A stretch of 63,877 bases of DNA, filler included, from Choristocarpus tenellus KU-1152 (GCA_964200185.2; 14 parts of 14 records of this genome joined end to end with filler, not necessarily neighbours in it), one strand, 5' to 3'; shown: positions 24,449 through 38,098, numbered from the whole stretch's first letter. Numbers and translations: made by a program. Notes: generated by a model not told the origin, from the letters alone.

Positions 24449-26104
24449 CTTGAATTAGGGTTACCCTTCCAGTTGTAAACTCCAAAATCCATAATATTTG
24501 CCAGAGGCCGTACAAAGTCAGACGCCGCAAAGGTACAACTACGGAGTCTAGAAACGAAACCTTTGATCCAGGCAGTGCAAACCTGTGCGTTCGACACATT
24601 TCGCAAGGCATGTAAACAATAAAGTCCGCGAAAAGAACAGCATCACTTTAAGTTCAATCTGAAACCCACAAAAGAACTACTTGAGCTGGTGAGCACGTGT
24701 AAAGTCGCACCTCCCTTCCTTCCACCAATCTATAAGCTTTGGGTAAGCCTCTGTCAACACATGCCAAAGATTTAGGGGGGAGGAGTACTTGTCGTTCCAC
24801 AATTCTGCCTCGACACGACCGAGAAACACAGCATTTGTCGCTGCGAGTGCTTCTATGTCCTTCGCACACAGTGTCCTCTTAACATTTACCCCCCCGCGGC
24901 ACAAGCCATCGAGGATTACCTTGTGCACATAGCAGTGATCGTCAAGTACAAGAAGATTTGCAGATTTCCCTGCCTGCATCGACCTAAAGCCGTAGTCATG
25001 AATAACCTGTTGAAGGACACAGGTTTGCACACGATAGTATGGTGATGAGGATAGGTTTGCCGAGCGGAGGAGTTCCTGCGCGCAAGCCTCAAGGAATCGA
25101 TCTATTATTCCGATGTTAAACTTATCATCCTCTGACATGGGTAGTTCATCCTCGCTGTCCGCCAATTCCACGTCACTCCCCTTGACGTCGGATGATGTGT
25201 TGTGGGATGATGACTCTCCACCGCCATGCACCAGAGAGAATATATTGTCCAGCAAGGTTGTAGGCGGAGTCCCACACATACGCTTCCCCTTGCGAGTGGG
25301 AATGCGTTTTTTTGAAGCAGAAGCTTGTGTGGATCCAGAATCCCTGACAACAACAGCATCCCCGGAAGACTTCCGTCGCTTAACGGGGGGGGATCGACAG
25401 TATGCATCGTCCTCTTCGACACCATCCTCGACACTTGCTGAGGAACCGTCATCGCTCTCCCCATCCTGGACTGATTCAACTTCAGGTGTCGGAGTCGTCA
25501 CGCATCCTGTGGGTGGTAACGCCGTCTCCTCCATGTCGGAGTCGATGGCATCCCACCCAATAGGAGCGGGTCCGAGATCATCATCGGAGTCACTTTCAGC
25601 CATAACTACAAGAGGGGAGAGCCGCACACTCTCCGGCGCGTCCGGAGTGCCGCGAAGTCCCCCGTCTTTTTTTTTCGCGAACTCTTCGTCTGGCCAGAAC
25701 TTGTGACACAAATTCGCCAGCTCATGTGCGAAGCGTTCATCCTTGTCGGGGTCACCATTCCCCGACAGCTTGGCAAATGCGTGGACCACCCCCCCCGGGC
25801 GCACAAGCATAGGTGACAAGTCATCGTTGAACGAAGTCTTCAACTTGGCCCAAACATCGTCCATGTCATGGACCCCATGGGTGGTCTTGCCTAGCGCGAT
25901 GACAACGCAGGTGGCACACCTTGGACCTGGATCGGCGCGGGGAACGTATATCAGGAGTAGAGGTGTTAAGAGTATGTTGTGTGTATTGTCGTCTGGGTTG
26001 AGGTAAGTGTAATTTTTGGTTCTAGCCTGCGGTGTTAAAACCCCTACAATGGCCCTTAAGGTGAGCTCGTTAGGAATTAATGTGTAGAAGTGAGGAACAT
26101 GCAC
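24449..26104 (-). pseudogene. Large exon (475-aa ORF, acidic low-complexity core, KRRK NLS-like motif) of an orphan gene that probably continues past the TAG at 24677 into a further exon
   Basis: Longest ORF in the window. After the TAG the frame continues FFCGFQIELK and can splice in phase 0 to an open exon at ~24582-24449 (VCTAWIKGFVSRLRSCTFAASDFVRPLANIMDFGVYNWKGNPNS). Confidence 0.55.
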
Positions 26105-26859
26105 AATCGAGGCTGGTGTCTACGAGTTGTGTTCTTGTTCTACACTAAATTGTTATGGTTGCCTTTGACATTTTCGAAACGTGTGTGTGTGTGGGGGGNN
26201 NNNNNNNNTTTCTTTTTTTTCCATAATGTTGTGGGGTTTGTTGTTATTTTTGCGACAGGGGGGGGGGGGGGGGGGGGGGGGGGGGGAAGCAGACGAGAAC
26301 CGTGGATGTGTCAGTTGAAACTCCAGAGAAAGTAACTTAATGGGTTCTATATCATTAACCATTGCAAGTGTGAAAAACACCATGGTATTAATGTCATGCG
26401 TAACTCTGATTCCTTACAATGAAGAAATTAGAAATTCCAGGACTATTGTTAATATCATTATCGATATAACCACTATGTCAGTCTTAGGGGTCGTGGGAAG
26501 AAACATTCAGAGGAGAAACAATTAGACAATACATGATACACATACTATTAAGAGGCAGAAAATGCAGGGGTCCATCCCCCATGAAAGATCGTACATAATT
26601 GTGGTACACACACATATATCTAGGAGAGACAATTTGATTGACATTGCTCTACCATTCTGAACTTTAACAAAAAAATGTACATAAGCTCACTCACACAAGC
26701 ACCCCTTCCATCCAATACACACATACATATTAAAGTACCACACATAGGCAAATGACCTCAAAATGTAATTGCATGATTATAGTGCGGAGAGGGAGTTGCG
26801 TGTCAATACACTATGGTATACTTGACTAGAATATATTTCAGGTCTGACGGTTGTTCTTC

Positions 26860-29150
26860 ACTCACATAGAAAGAAACGACCCATTGCTCCTCCATCTCTG
26901 TTCCCAATATCATCATGCAGTGAAACGTTTATTTTGGTACGCTTGACTTCACCTTCTAGTCCTTGGGGGAGGGCCACACCATTGGAGCCTTCCACGATCT
27001 TTACGAAGACGTCACCCTTTTCAACACCTTTCAGGATCAATCTCCTTCCCACCTTTGAAACACAGGGGTGGGGCGGACTTTAGAAGTGAAAATGTGTTCA
27101 TTTTTACACAGACCAGAGCCTCTACACATTGACACCGAACACGGATACGAGCACAAGAATGTTTGCCGAAGGATGTGCTCATGTGAGAAAGTCGGGAGGG
27201 TAAATCGTCAGCATCAAACAACATACCTCCTCCGAAAGGATGTATGGGTCTTTCGCGTCCTCCTCGGTAGATTGAGGGTTGGAATTCCCTGCCACAGTGG
27301 ACTTGATTCCATGCTCATCTTTCAGCTTGAGTTCGTTCATCTTCATCAACGCCACCTCCAGAACAGCCTGCTCTATGAACACCTCCTTCATGTGCATTTG
27401 CTTGGCGTATGCATTTCTCTGTCTTTCAGAGATGAAGGGGAGTTCATCCGTGTTGCATCTGGATGCGCTGGCCTCCTTCACAATTTCTTCCCTGCATTTT
27501 TGCTTGCCTTTCCAGGAAGTTTTCTTGGTCTTAATGGTGTTCTCTTTCTTTGAACGAACACCCTTCAGTGTTCGTGAGAACTGCAGGAGGCGATTTGCGT
27601 ACGGAGTGGCCAAGGACAGAAGTAGGATGTTGTGAGCGTTGTAGTTTTTATGCAAGTACTTTGGCATGTGATCAGGTTCTGTTGTGTAGTGTAGAATGTG
27701 ATATCAATGTCGTAAAAGTGCGATAACCAGGAGATAAGAATGCTCGCTCGTTTTTCATTGTCTGTGTACTAAAGAGGTACAATGTACAAAAGTCGTGTGT
27801 GCATAGGGTCGATGATGAACCCACACGGATTCGGGGCTTACCCATTCTTCCGGAAAACGTTATTTTCCCACCACGTAGGACAGGGAGAGCAGGTCAGTTT
27901 GCAACTTTTCCGCCGCCTTCTCCGCGAACACACCAGCGGCTGCCTCCACGATATCCTTCCACTTATAGCCTCCCGGAGTGTCCTCTCCAAGGATGTCAGG
28001 GCCTTTGACGCACAAAACATCTGTGCATATTTGTGCAAAGTATTGCATCCTGGTCTGCTTTTGGAGCTACGCACAAAGTAAGACGAGAATGTTGTGTTTA
28101 AGAACGGTGCCGTAACCATGTCATGCGAGGTACGGAAAACCAAACTTGTGAGGGCAGTGACAGTCGCCGTCCAGTGTGAGAACAACACAGATCCTTTCTC
28201 GTTAACATGAAAATGTGCACTACGTATGGAATATACAACATCAGCAGGACACTGGAATTTGTACCACTCGCAAGGAGATAGGTCCACAACAGAGTTTCTG
28301 AGTCATTGACCACACGTTTTTGATTTCCTCGTGTCTGCATCGATAATATATTGGGGTATAATTAGAAAGAGATCTTCCTAATGATCGGGACCGGTCGTGC
28401 TACGGAAACAAATCTTGCCTTGGATGGGGTCTCTGGGACAAACATGAAATGTGTTAAAGCGGAAAAGCGCAATGCATTCCCAGGAAGTATAAATTTCCGC
28501 AATCGAAAAAATGATTCGATAAGACATTGATTGCCCTACGTCGTCTTTATGACGAACTCCTATGAGTTTGTGACGTAGAATTTTCTCCCTAACAAAAGTA
28601 TGACCAATCTGTTGTCGAGGTCTGAAGGGTTGCGCCTCTTCCTCATCTTGTCCTCCCTCATGAGTCCCTTGGCGATGTTCATCTTGATAAGCTCACTGTT
28701 GGAGAGCTTTGCCGAAAGACCTTGCTCCAACATGTACTCCCTTAACTCGGCCTCGGTCTTCCAGCGTGAGCACATGTCGAAAGACCGCGAATGTAGGATT
28801 CCCCATATCACCTCTGCTGCGTTCATGGGATCCCTCGTCACTTTGTCGAACATAGCTGCAACTGTGGCGTCATTAAGTAGATTTGCATTATAGTCCTGGG
28901 AGAGGAATCTCGAGTTGGCCAAGTAAGTTGCTTTGGCCGAACATAGTTCAAAGTAGCCAATTGGTGCAGTCCGATGGTTCGTCTCTTCGCTGGCGAGGTT
29001 TGCTCGTAGTCTTTCATGTGATGTACGGTTTTGGGAAACATGTCGAACAAGAGGAGTTTGCGGGAAATGGATTTCAGTAAAGTGTGCAGGTGGTATGTTT
29101 CGCACGATTGGGTGTTGAACATGGTGAGGTAGGGATGATGAAATAAGCAA
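26860..29150 (-). pseudogene. Multi-exon orphan gene with premature stops and no frameshifts
   Basis: Phase-compatible exons ~29150-28541, 28432-~28117, 28066-27842, 27580-27227 and 27052-~26867. In-frame TAG 28560, TAG 28378, TGA 28303 and TAA 27860. Confidence 0.55.
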
Positions 29151-32100
29151 TGCTACAGGTGTTCAGCGAACGAGCAGGCACTTGAGTGGTTAGCCGCGGA
29201 TGATGTGTGTTTGGGGGTGGAGTGATTTGCACCGTGAAAGTAATGTCTATGCTGCAGTGCATATGAGAACGGGCTTGGTGCGAAGTTGAGGGGTGTTGCA
29301 TTTCGGAAAAAAAAATTGATGGGCAGGAACTGAAAATTATGAATTGTTCAGCCGCGGAAATTAAAATTTTCTTGATTTCCGAATGCGTCTGTTTGATGTG
29401 TTTTTCTTATCAATGAAGTCGGATGCCGAACGATGTTGGTTAAAAACAGGGGGTAGTTTATACTCGATCCGTGATAGGAAAAAAAATATCCAAATGATTA
29501 TTGTTGGACCATCAACCTTTACTCGAAAAAATAAACTATCACAAGAAAAACGTGAAAGGAAAATGGACTTGAAATAAATGTTTTCATCCACGTGATATGC
29601 GAAATAGAAATGTTTGGGATGCAAAGCGTCGTTGAGGTACTTCCTTTGGAATGCACATCGTTGGTGGTGATATTGAACGTATTGGAGAAGAGGGAAAGGT
29701 CGTGCCAAAAAGAATGCGTGGAGGAGGAGCGCTTAGGTGCTGGGTGACAGGAGCTAGCAATGGATGGCGGTTTTTGTTGTTGTATATCAATATGATGTCG
29801 AAAGTGAGGGATGGATAAGGTGCAATACTTCCAAGAAATGATTACGTTCGGACAAAGCAGATATACAGGGTATCGTGTGCTTCTTCATGGACAACATGTT
29901 AAGACGGGCAGATGAATGATCAGGGAGGTGACGAGGATTGGGAACAGGAGACATTGGTTTGTTTTCTATTGGTGAATACTGAAACGAAGTTCGAAATCCC
30001 GAATGGGCAAGATGCTATGCTTGAAAGAAACGACTATTGAATGAAAAAAAACGCCGGATGTCATGCCTATTCCTTGTTCAATAACATGTCCTAACGGGGG
30101 GCGAACTGCTTCAGGATGTGAATTGGATTGGCTACGGCGGCGAGAGGTATATTGAGATTTAAATTTCGCATGGGTGGCATCTACTACTTGAAACAAATAT
30201 CAATTTGGAATGGTAAAAAAGCACAGGGGATAATTCCCCTGTGTCTTGAACAACATGACAGAACGGGCAGTGAACTGCTATGGTAAGTGACAAGAACTGC
30301 CTAAAGAGGAGTGTCAACTCTTATGTTGAACTCTTGAAATGATGGCGAAAACTCGGAGTGGTTGAGGGGCAATATCTGAAAGAAACGGTTACTCATTGAA
30401 AGTGAAAGAATTTAATAGGGTTCCTATTCCTCTCCACAAAAACAAACTACGTAGGTAGTGAAGTGCCGCATCTATGGATCACAGTTGGCTGCAGTGGAGG
30501 GTGACTATTTATGTAGATCAAGGTAAAATATGGCATGGGAGTTAGGGCAACGATGTTACGGACTATGTTTGAGAGGGACCATCCGATCTGTGCCAAAAGC
30601 AGAGGTTGGTAAGCTCTGCAGACCTTGCTAACATTTTCTAACAAGACTGTGTGAAGCTGATCAACGTATGTGCCAGGGACATGGGATCGTCGAAATTATT
30701 GAGAGATGCGCAACGCCATGATGGACGTATACAAAGGGATGTATTAAACACTGTTTTCATAAACTTTGACAATATTGACAACCACTTCGGAATTAGTGAG
30801 GAGAAGCAGGTAGAGTGGTGCATATGTGGTGGCTGGCATCATCGACAATAACAGGGATGTGGCTATTCTTCGGTCCCAATAATTCGAAACAATAACGACT
30901 TCATGAGTTCGTTGGCATGCGTGGTCTTCTTGAGAGTGTACATGTGGGCTAGGCTGCAAGAGTATGTCTGATTCTTTCACAAGTTGTGTAAAGGAGCATG
31001 CTCTCGAAATAAAGGGTGTAACGTACACGACCTTCTAGTCATGCGTAGGGTTTGTTGGTGCGATGGAGTATTCCACAAGAATAGGTTGTGTGATGTGTGT
31101 GTGTGTGTGTGTGTGTGTGCTCTGGCGGGTGCCTCCACGATTTCATGTGCAGTCGTTATTGTGCTTAATGAACCATGCGTTTGTTGCGGGTATCAACGGT
31201 AAAGGTGATGTTGTATAGAGTAGGGTTAGGAGAAGAAATATGGGGGTGCGGTCATGTCGTAACACCGCAAACAGAACCCTACCGTGTTCAGGGGATGAGT
31301 AAATTACGGTTTTCACTAAGTCTTCTGGGAAAGTATATCGGCATTCCGATAATGAGGGTAGGACGACACGGTCAGAGATAATACCGGAAAATCAATCGCC
31401 CAATCTTACGGAAATGCCACAGAAGATTGGCATGTACGGTGATCGACATGTTTCACGTAACATGTTGTCAATGTCTTGCTTAATGGCTTGGGGTAAAGGC
31501 TGGGTGGTAAAATCGTAAGTAGTGCACAGGCCATACAGTCTTAGCCTCCAAACGTCGGTCGGACAAGGAGGAATCAGCCAGTGTTCAAACGGTGTGTACA
31601 TGTGTAAAAGAGGAACCGTGTAGGGGGGGAATACGAAGGATCGAGGCTGTATGCTTCGAATTACACACGAATCGGCGTGTTGGAATTGGAGGTATGATAG
31701 GGAGGTTGATCAGGCAAATCATTCATCATACGCGATAGTGTCTACTGATAGCGGGAAAGGAAAATTTTCGTGTTCACGATGTGGGCGCGTTGCGAAGCGG
31801 GGAGCGGAGACCTGTGGGGAAAGAGAGGAACGTTTGGCGCTTAGCCGCTGGTCCGCATGGAGGGCTGTCCACTGGTGGGTTGATTCCTGTCTCGATTTCC
31901 GTGTACCTCCTTCTCTCGTACAGAACAGGGTGAGCTGTACATTCACCTCCCAACTACACGTATGTCGTACCATGATACGTATATGAGGTATATACGAATT
32001 CCGGATGATGTAATATGGTTTGGTTCAAATCCTGACATAACACACATATGAACAACAACCCTATCTGCATCCGTTACGTATTGCACCCCATTTCGTGCCT

Positions 32101-32767
32101 CAAACTAACCAGGTTTCATTCCTACACACCTTGAATGAAAATACCTGTGTCATTAAACGTCGAACCAATATTTAATTGTTTTTATATGAGGCAGAACACC
32201 GATATACCATTTCAAACATATCCTATACCCATCCCAGCCACACACAGTTTTTCGGAAGATAAATGCTCAGGTAGCTCTTTGTTGGGAATAAGTGAAGCTC
32301 TCATCTTGTGGTATGATTGGACGCCACCCAGCTATTCATGCGCCGACAACATCATCGTAACTTCCAGTTATCGTCCAATACAAGAAATTGAACCCATAAT
32401 ACATATATAGTACACACACCGGTTAAAAGAGTATAAACAACTGTCTCTCAGGCGAGATTACGTTGGCTCTTTGATTCCACATATTCTTCGTCTACTTTGG
32501 CATATTGTTTCATTATGATGGCCTTTGACAAATGTTTCGCATATATCTTTCCTTCATGCGACAATGTACTTTGAAAGAATGTCAGATGTAGTAGGACATA
32601 TGTCAGAATCCCACCTCGCGTATCGATTCAAATATCCATTTATTAACATCGTTCTGTTCTCAAATAATGAGGTATCCAGCCAATCACGTTCGCCATATGC
32701 ACAATTACACTCCAACATAACCTCGATACACTTTCTCGAGTAGCAAAAACTTCCTCCAAACTTTTCA

Positions 32768-33555
32768 TTTTGTCAAGAAGAGGTACTTGGACTTTTCCAT
32801 TTTCCATACATGAAATTCTTCCAAACGACATGAAAAGGTTATTGTACAAGCCTTACTCCTATGAAGCACTTGTGCCATTATTTCCTGCGATTTCATTTCC
32901 GATGTTGTTTTCAGCGAAATCTCGAAATTTGCGAAATACTCTTCTTGTAGTTTTGTGGTGGCTAGATTTTTCTCAGGACCAACGTCGATCACCATTGGAT
33001 TAAAAATAATGCGAATTGGGTGGGTGTTTTTGGAATAAGGCAATAGATTTATCCTGCCTTCATAAAACAATATTTTTGTCAAGAGGTGTTTGGACTTTTT
33101 CATTTTCGATGTTCGCAATCCTTCCAAACGAAATGAGAAGGTTATTGTACAAGCCTTACTCCTATCAAACACTGGTGCCATTATTCCTGTAATTTCATTT
33201 CCGAGGTTGTTCTAATGAAAATCTCAATTTTCCCAAAATACTCTTCTTGTAGTATTGTGGTGGCTAAATTTTTCTCAGGACCAACGTCGATCGGCGTTGG
33301 ATTAGAAATAATGCGAATCGGGTGCGTGTTTGAGGAAGAGGGCAATAGATTTATCCTGCCTTCATAAAATCAGATTTTTGTCAAGAGGTGTTTGGACTTT
33401 TTCATTTTCGATATTCGCACTTCTTCCAAACGAAATGAGAAGGTTATTGTACAACCCTTACTTCTATTCAGGACTGGTGCCATTATTTCCTGTAATTTCA
33501 TTTCCGAGGTTGTTTTTCAGGGAAATCTCGAAATTTGCGAAATATTCCTTCTGTA
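32768..33555 (+). repeat. ~304-bp tandem repeat, about 2.6 copies
   Basis: TGTCAAGA anchors at 32771, 33077 and 33379, and the units align throughout. Confidence 0.92.
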
Positions 33556-33729
33556 TTAGGCAGGGTCCAATCAGTCGTGGGGGGTGTTAAGAATCACCAG
33601 TGTGTCATGGTGGGGGGCTTCCCCGAGCTNNNNNNNNNNNNNNNNNNNNNNNNNNNNNNNNNNNNNNNNNNNNTTAATTAATTAANNNNNNNNNNNNNNN
33701 NNNNNNNNNNNNNNNNNNNNNNNNNNNNN

Positions 33730-33833
33730 GCTTGACCCAAAATTGACTGGGATAAAGTGTTGATATGATACAATGATAATGATACAATGATAAAACTTAT
33801 CAACACTCTATCCCAGTCAATTTTGGGTCAAGC
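33730..33833. repeat. Long hairpin or miniature TIR element, left end cut by the scaffold edge
   Basis: 36-bp arms GCTTGACCCAAAATTGACTGGGATA(A/G)AGTGTTGATA with 1 mismatch. The loop holds a duplicated TGATACAATGATAA. Confidence 0.9.
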
Positions 33834-35200
33834 CCATCCTCAATGAAAAGCTCCATCCTCAAATTTTGAAATCGGCTGTTTTCGTTAGGGATTTTTCAGA
33901 CATGTGAATAGTTTACAATAGTTTTTTCACTGGCACATCATCTGCAAAATGTCAGAGGGCATAATAATATAAATGTAGAGGAGATGCAGTGTCTGGGTTT
34001 TAGTTCTATTCTCATCTGTGAAGACAATATGCCCATCTCCACTACTATTCTTGATGGCGTTTTCTGAGGCAGATACTCAACACAGACAGACAGGGGTGCT
34101 CAAGTTAAATGCTCATGTCATCAATCTTGCCAGAGGGGGTAAAATAATGCCATACTACATCAGGAAAAGTAGAAAAGTAGTACGATAGTATGAAGCAGCT
34201 GTTGAGGTTATTCTATGAATTCCTAATAAAATGGAGCATGCTTATCGCTTTGTACTGATAGTTCAAAACGTGATCAGCTGCCAGCTTGTTGGGAAACTAA
34301 TGGAGAAAGTTATCTACTGCAAGTAGATTGTGATGAGAGGCAAGTCTTTTCAGTGTCAGTTCTCCATTTCGACTTAATCGTGAGATCTCTCGTGTTTGTG
34401 TTCATGTTTGCTTTCTTTGCTAAGGGTCAAGTCTGTAGATGGCAGTGCCACCTTATCTTGCATGCCGGGCTGTATGTGATTTTCAGGTCTGTGATTTGGT
34501 TTGGAGGGATGAGTCTGAGTAACGACAAGTGCTCTATCCTGTATGTTTTTGTGACCATTTGTTTACAGTGTTGCTTTCTTGAAGTCTCCAGACAATATCT
34601 TCACCTATTGCGGGCACTTGATGAGGGAAATGACTCCTGTAGACCGTATGTTGGGCACATATACTTGAGTACTCTGTGTTGTATTGGGGGTTTTCTTCAC
34701 TAGAACATCATGTCAAATGCACGGGTGAGTACTGCAAGATGCTGTTGTCATGTTAGCATATCTATCGCTGAAGGGAAATGCTGGAAGGGAGTTTTCCCAC
34801 CGGATTTCTTCCTCCTGGATCCTCCAATGTTACTTACGGATATCTACAGAAAATAATAAAATATGTAAATTATCGATGTTGCAAACCGAACTTAGCTCTG
34901 TCTCTAAAGAAACTTCAATTAATTGTGGTAGACGCAATAAAGCCTGCACCTCCTTATTCAACCACACCAGCCGTCACAGTGGGTACGCAGTTTATAACGA
35001 CCCCTCTGTACATAGTTGTTGCGAAAGAGACAAAAGGGGGACGAAGCACCAACCAAAACGCAAGGTGGATGTCCAGGGTTTCAACCACGGCTCAGCACTT
35101 GCTCTTGTTCCAATCTCCTCCACCCTCTTGATCCCCAACAAACAATTAATACTATATTTACACAAGAGATGCAGGGCATACCATAATTAATAGTACCATG

Positions 35201-37415
35201 TCACTTGAGTGTGGGCATGGACATTGGCACCCTTGTCGAGGAGACATCCAACTGTTCGTGGTCCAGGTTCCACGAGGATGTAATAGTTTTCATCCGAGTG
35301 TAAAACTGCACACCCTGTACCACATTGTCAGTCCCACACCAGGTTCAAAATCAAGAGGAGCACAAAGGAAGTTAGCAAGTATCAATTCAAGTCAATACCA
35401 CCCTTAACATTGGCAAATCAGAGTGTTGAGGTGGGAGGGTGGGGCTGGAATCCTAGGAAAAGAGGCTACGTGTGGTAGTTGCTTACATCAGTCCAAAAAC
35501 TCGAAGTGTACACCATTCCCCTGCATTCATTCTTTCATATACTCTGAGGGGTGCAATCATGTTGTACTCATGTACTGTTGTAGCAATGGTTCCCCAAAGT
35601 GTCAAAGTACATGATATGCTTTATGAAGCAAACAATATATGTAGTAAGGGGTAGAAAAATTACTCATTCAAGTCGACATATTTGGCTGCAAACATCAAAT
35701 CAAAGAGGGATAATAACAACCAGGATGTAACCATTAACACATGCAAAATGTGACTATCAGATGCCATGTCATTACAGAAGGAGGAATGCTTTGAGTAGCA
35801 AGAAATATGTGAGTGTTTGGGATATGACTGGGAAAAGGTAGGGTATGGTGAGACATGTTGTATATGCCATTGTTGGCTGGGTAGGACGCAACCACGCAAG
35901 AAGGTCAATGGACATTGTCTTCCAAGTTCAATCTTAAACCCATAGGTGAAATATGTTTTCAACCAAAACACTACAACACCACCATCACAAGCCTTGTTCT
36001 ATCGTGACTCTTGAGCTGTTTTTCACCTGTTTGCCATAGAAGTTGATGTCGCCCCTGAATGACCCTCTCGAACCCGTGAAGGAGAACATTGGCAGGGGCA
36101 CAGGGATGGGGACATTCACTCCCACCTGGGAAAAAAGTATATAACCTTTCTTGAGCATCAACAACAGTTTCATGCTTCATGGTAGTACAGGTCACAACAT
36201 GCCCCGAAGTGTTCCAAGCTTACACATTTGCATGCACCCTTGAACTTCTAGACAAGCGTAATATATAGAAGAAAGACAAATTGACTTATGAGAATGTGGT
36301 AAATGCCGTTGTAGCTTCACCTGGCCCACATTGATGCCCTTTTGGAAGGTTCTTGCTGCAGCACCAGAAGAAGTGAAGATTGATGTCCCTAAGTTCAGGG
36401 AAGTTTCACATGACACCGTACAATTTGGAAGTTATTTATAAAAGTATGTCAAAACAGTTCATCTCGCTTCAGTGAAGGGGCACAACAACGACACACGTGG
36501 TCAAATCACTCTGCAGGAAAAAGGTACAACATGAGCGACAATTAGATGGTACAGCTCAGTCAAGGTCGGCAGAGTTCACAGTGGAGAGGGTAGAAGGTGG
36601 AGTGAGCGGCCATGTTGGAAGTGCAACAAGAGTAGCAGAAATTGACTTTCAATCGAGCTCTATGGCAAGGCAAACCAATACACACCATCATCTCAAGGCA
36701 GAATTTTTGTATAAAAAAATGCATGTCCAAACTAACAGAATCCATCAAAACAGATCAAAATGACAACCACCGGATAACACAGTCAAGGCTTGAGAGAAAG
36801 GCCTGAGTGACAGACATCTCAGCAACCCTATCTACAACTACCCCACATGGGTCACCGACTCTTTAAAAATACTGCAAATGAGGTGCTCTCTCCAGTTGGT
36901 CTGACTCTATCCAAACCCTTACCCTAACATCGTTATGTTTACATGACACACCTTCAGGTAGCATAGGAAATACTTCGGAGTACTACCAATGTGCCAAGTC
37001 GGTTTGGGGTGACCACAGCATATGCTAGGTTGCCAAGTCACAATTGCAATTGAATTAAGGTATTACGGCAACGGCACATGGAAAGCAGGACCCACAAACT
37101 CAAAATCCACCTCTTCATTTACACACTCTCCTTGCATTGATGTTGGAGGGTTTTGGGAAGTAAATCAGAGAAGCAGGTTGAACCCTACCTCAAATAAAAA
37201 GTGCAGGAACACATCTAACACATAATCTAACCCTCTTACCATTGCCATACGGACATGCATTCACCAATGACATCGCCTCCCCCAAGGTTTCCACTCCCAC
37301 AATGAAGAGGACAGGTCCAAACACCTCCTCTTCATAAGCAGGGTTGCCAGCGAGACCCTCCAACACAGTGGGACCCACGAAGTTTCCCTCCTCAAAGCCT
37401 GCCACCTCCACTCCC
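35201..37415 (-). CDS. ALDH6A1: Methylmalonate-semialdehyde dehydrogenase (acylating), last four exons
   Basis: Exons 37415-37240, 36388-36321, 36125-36027 and 35314-35201 splice to [96 protein letters not shown], the diagnostic ALDH6 C-terminus. Confidence 0.95.
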
Positions 37416-37686
37416 CTGCCATTATAGTACACACAAAAGAGGTTGTGGGAGAAGCGGACGGGCATGTTAAGGTAAGGGAATGGCGATAACAGCAAGAAGT
37501 AATACCCACAATGAAATGCCCCCCTTTTGACATCTGCTGATAGCATTGGATTTTTGCAATGACAGAAGTGGAAACGACTGAACAGAAAAAAGATTAAGAA
37601 CCAAAAAATAGTACACATAATGAAAAGCAACATATACACCAATGCCATGGTCTAATACACTGTGTCGAGCCAATAGGATGGATTTT

Positions 37687-37756
37687 GGCTCAAAGTATAT
37701 GGGAGGGGGTGGTGGCTGTCCATTTGGGGTCAATTTTTGTATGTCGCAATTTTTGG
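37687..37756 (+). mobile_element. Left end of MITE family 2, inside an ALDH6A1 intron at the scaffold end
   Basis: GGCTCAAAGTATATGGGAGGGGGTGGTGGCTGTCCATTTGGGGTCAA. Confidence 0.8.
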
Positions 37757-38098
37757 NNNNNNNNNNNNNNNNNNNNNNNNNNNNNNNNNNNNNNNNNNNN
37801 TTAATTAATTAANNNNNNNNNNNNNNNNNNNNNNNNNNNNNNNNNNNNNNNNNNNNCTGCACATCGAACTGTCGTGAGGAGCTGTCCCTTCCCACGTCGA
37901 ATACCCTTCGTCTGCCATTTTGTCTGAGGTAATAATGGAACATGTGGGGCGGGTGTCAATTGCACACCACAATATAAAGGATCATCCAAGCATCTGTTAA
38001 TGAGTAAATTATTCTTGGACATATTGGGGATGTGTTCGCCCGGGGTCGAAGTTGTGTATGTCACACTGTTGATGGTTTGTGAGCATGAGGTTCCATAC

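Noticed and set aside
25113-25706. 197-aa plus-strand ORF and other antisense ORFs
   Set aside because: Ser-rich shadow of the acidic minus-strand exon.
32765-33181. 138-aa repeat protein
   Set aside because: It lies in the 304-bp repeat, whose other copies are frameshifted or stopped.
23473-33629. Endogenous giant virus (phaeovirus-like) insertion
   Set aside because: The genes appear intron-rich and no viral hallmark protein was recognised. Not fully excluded without a search.
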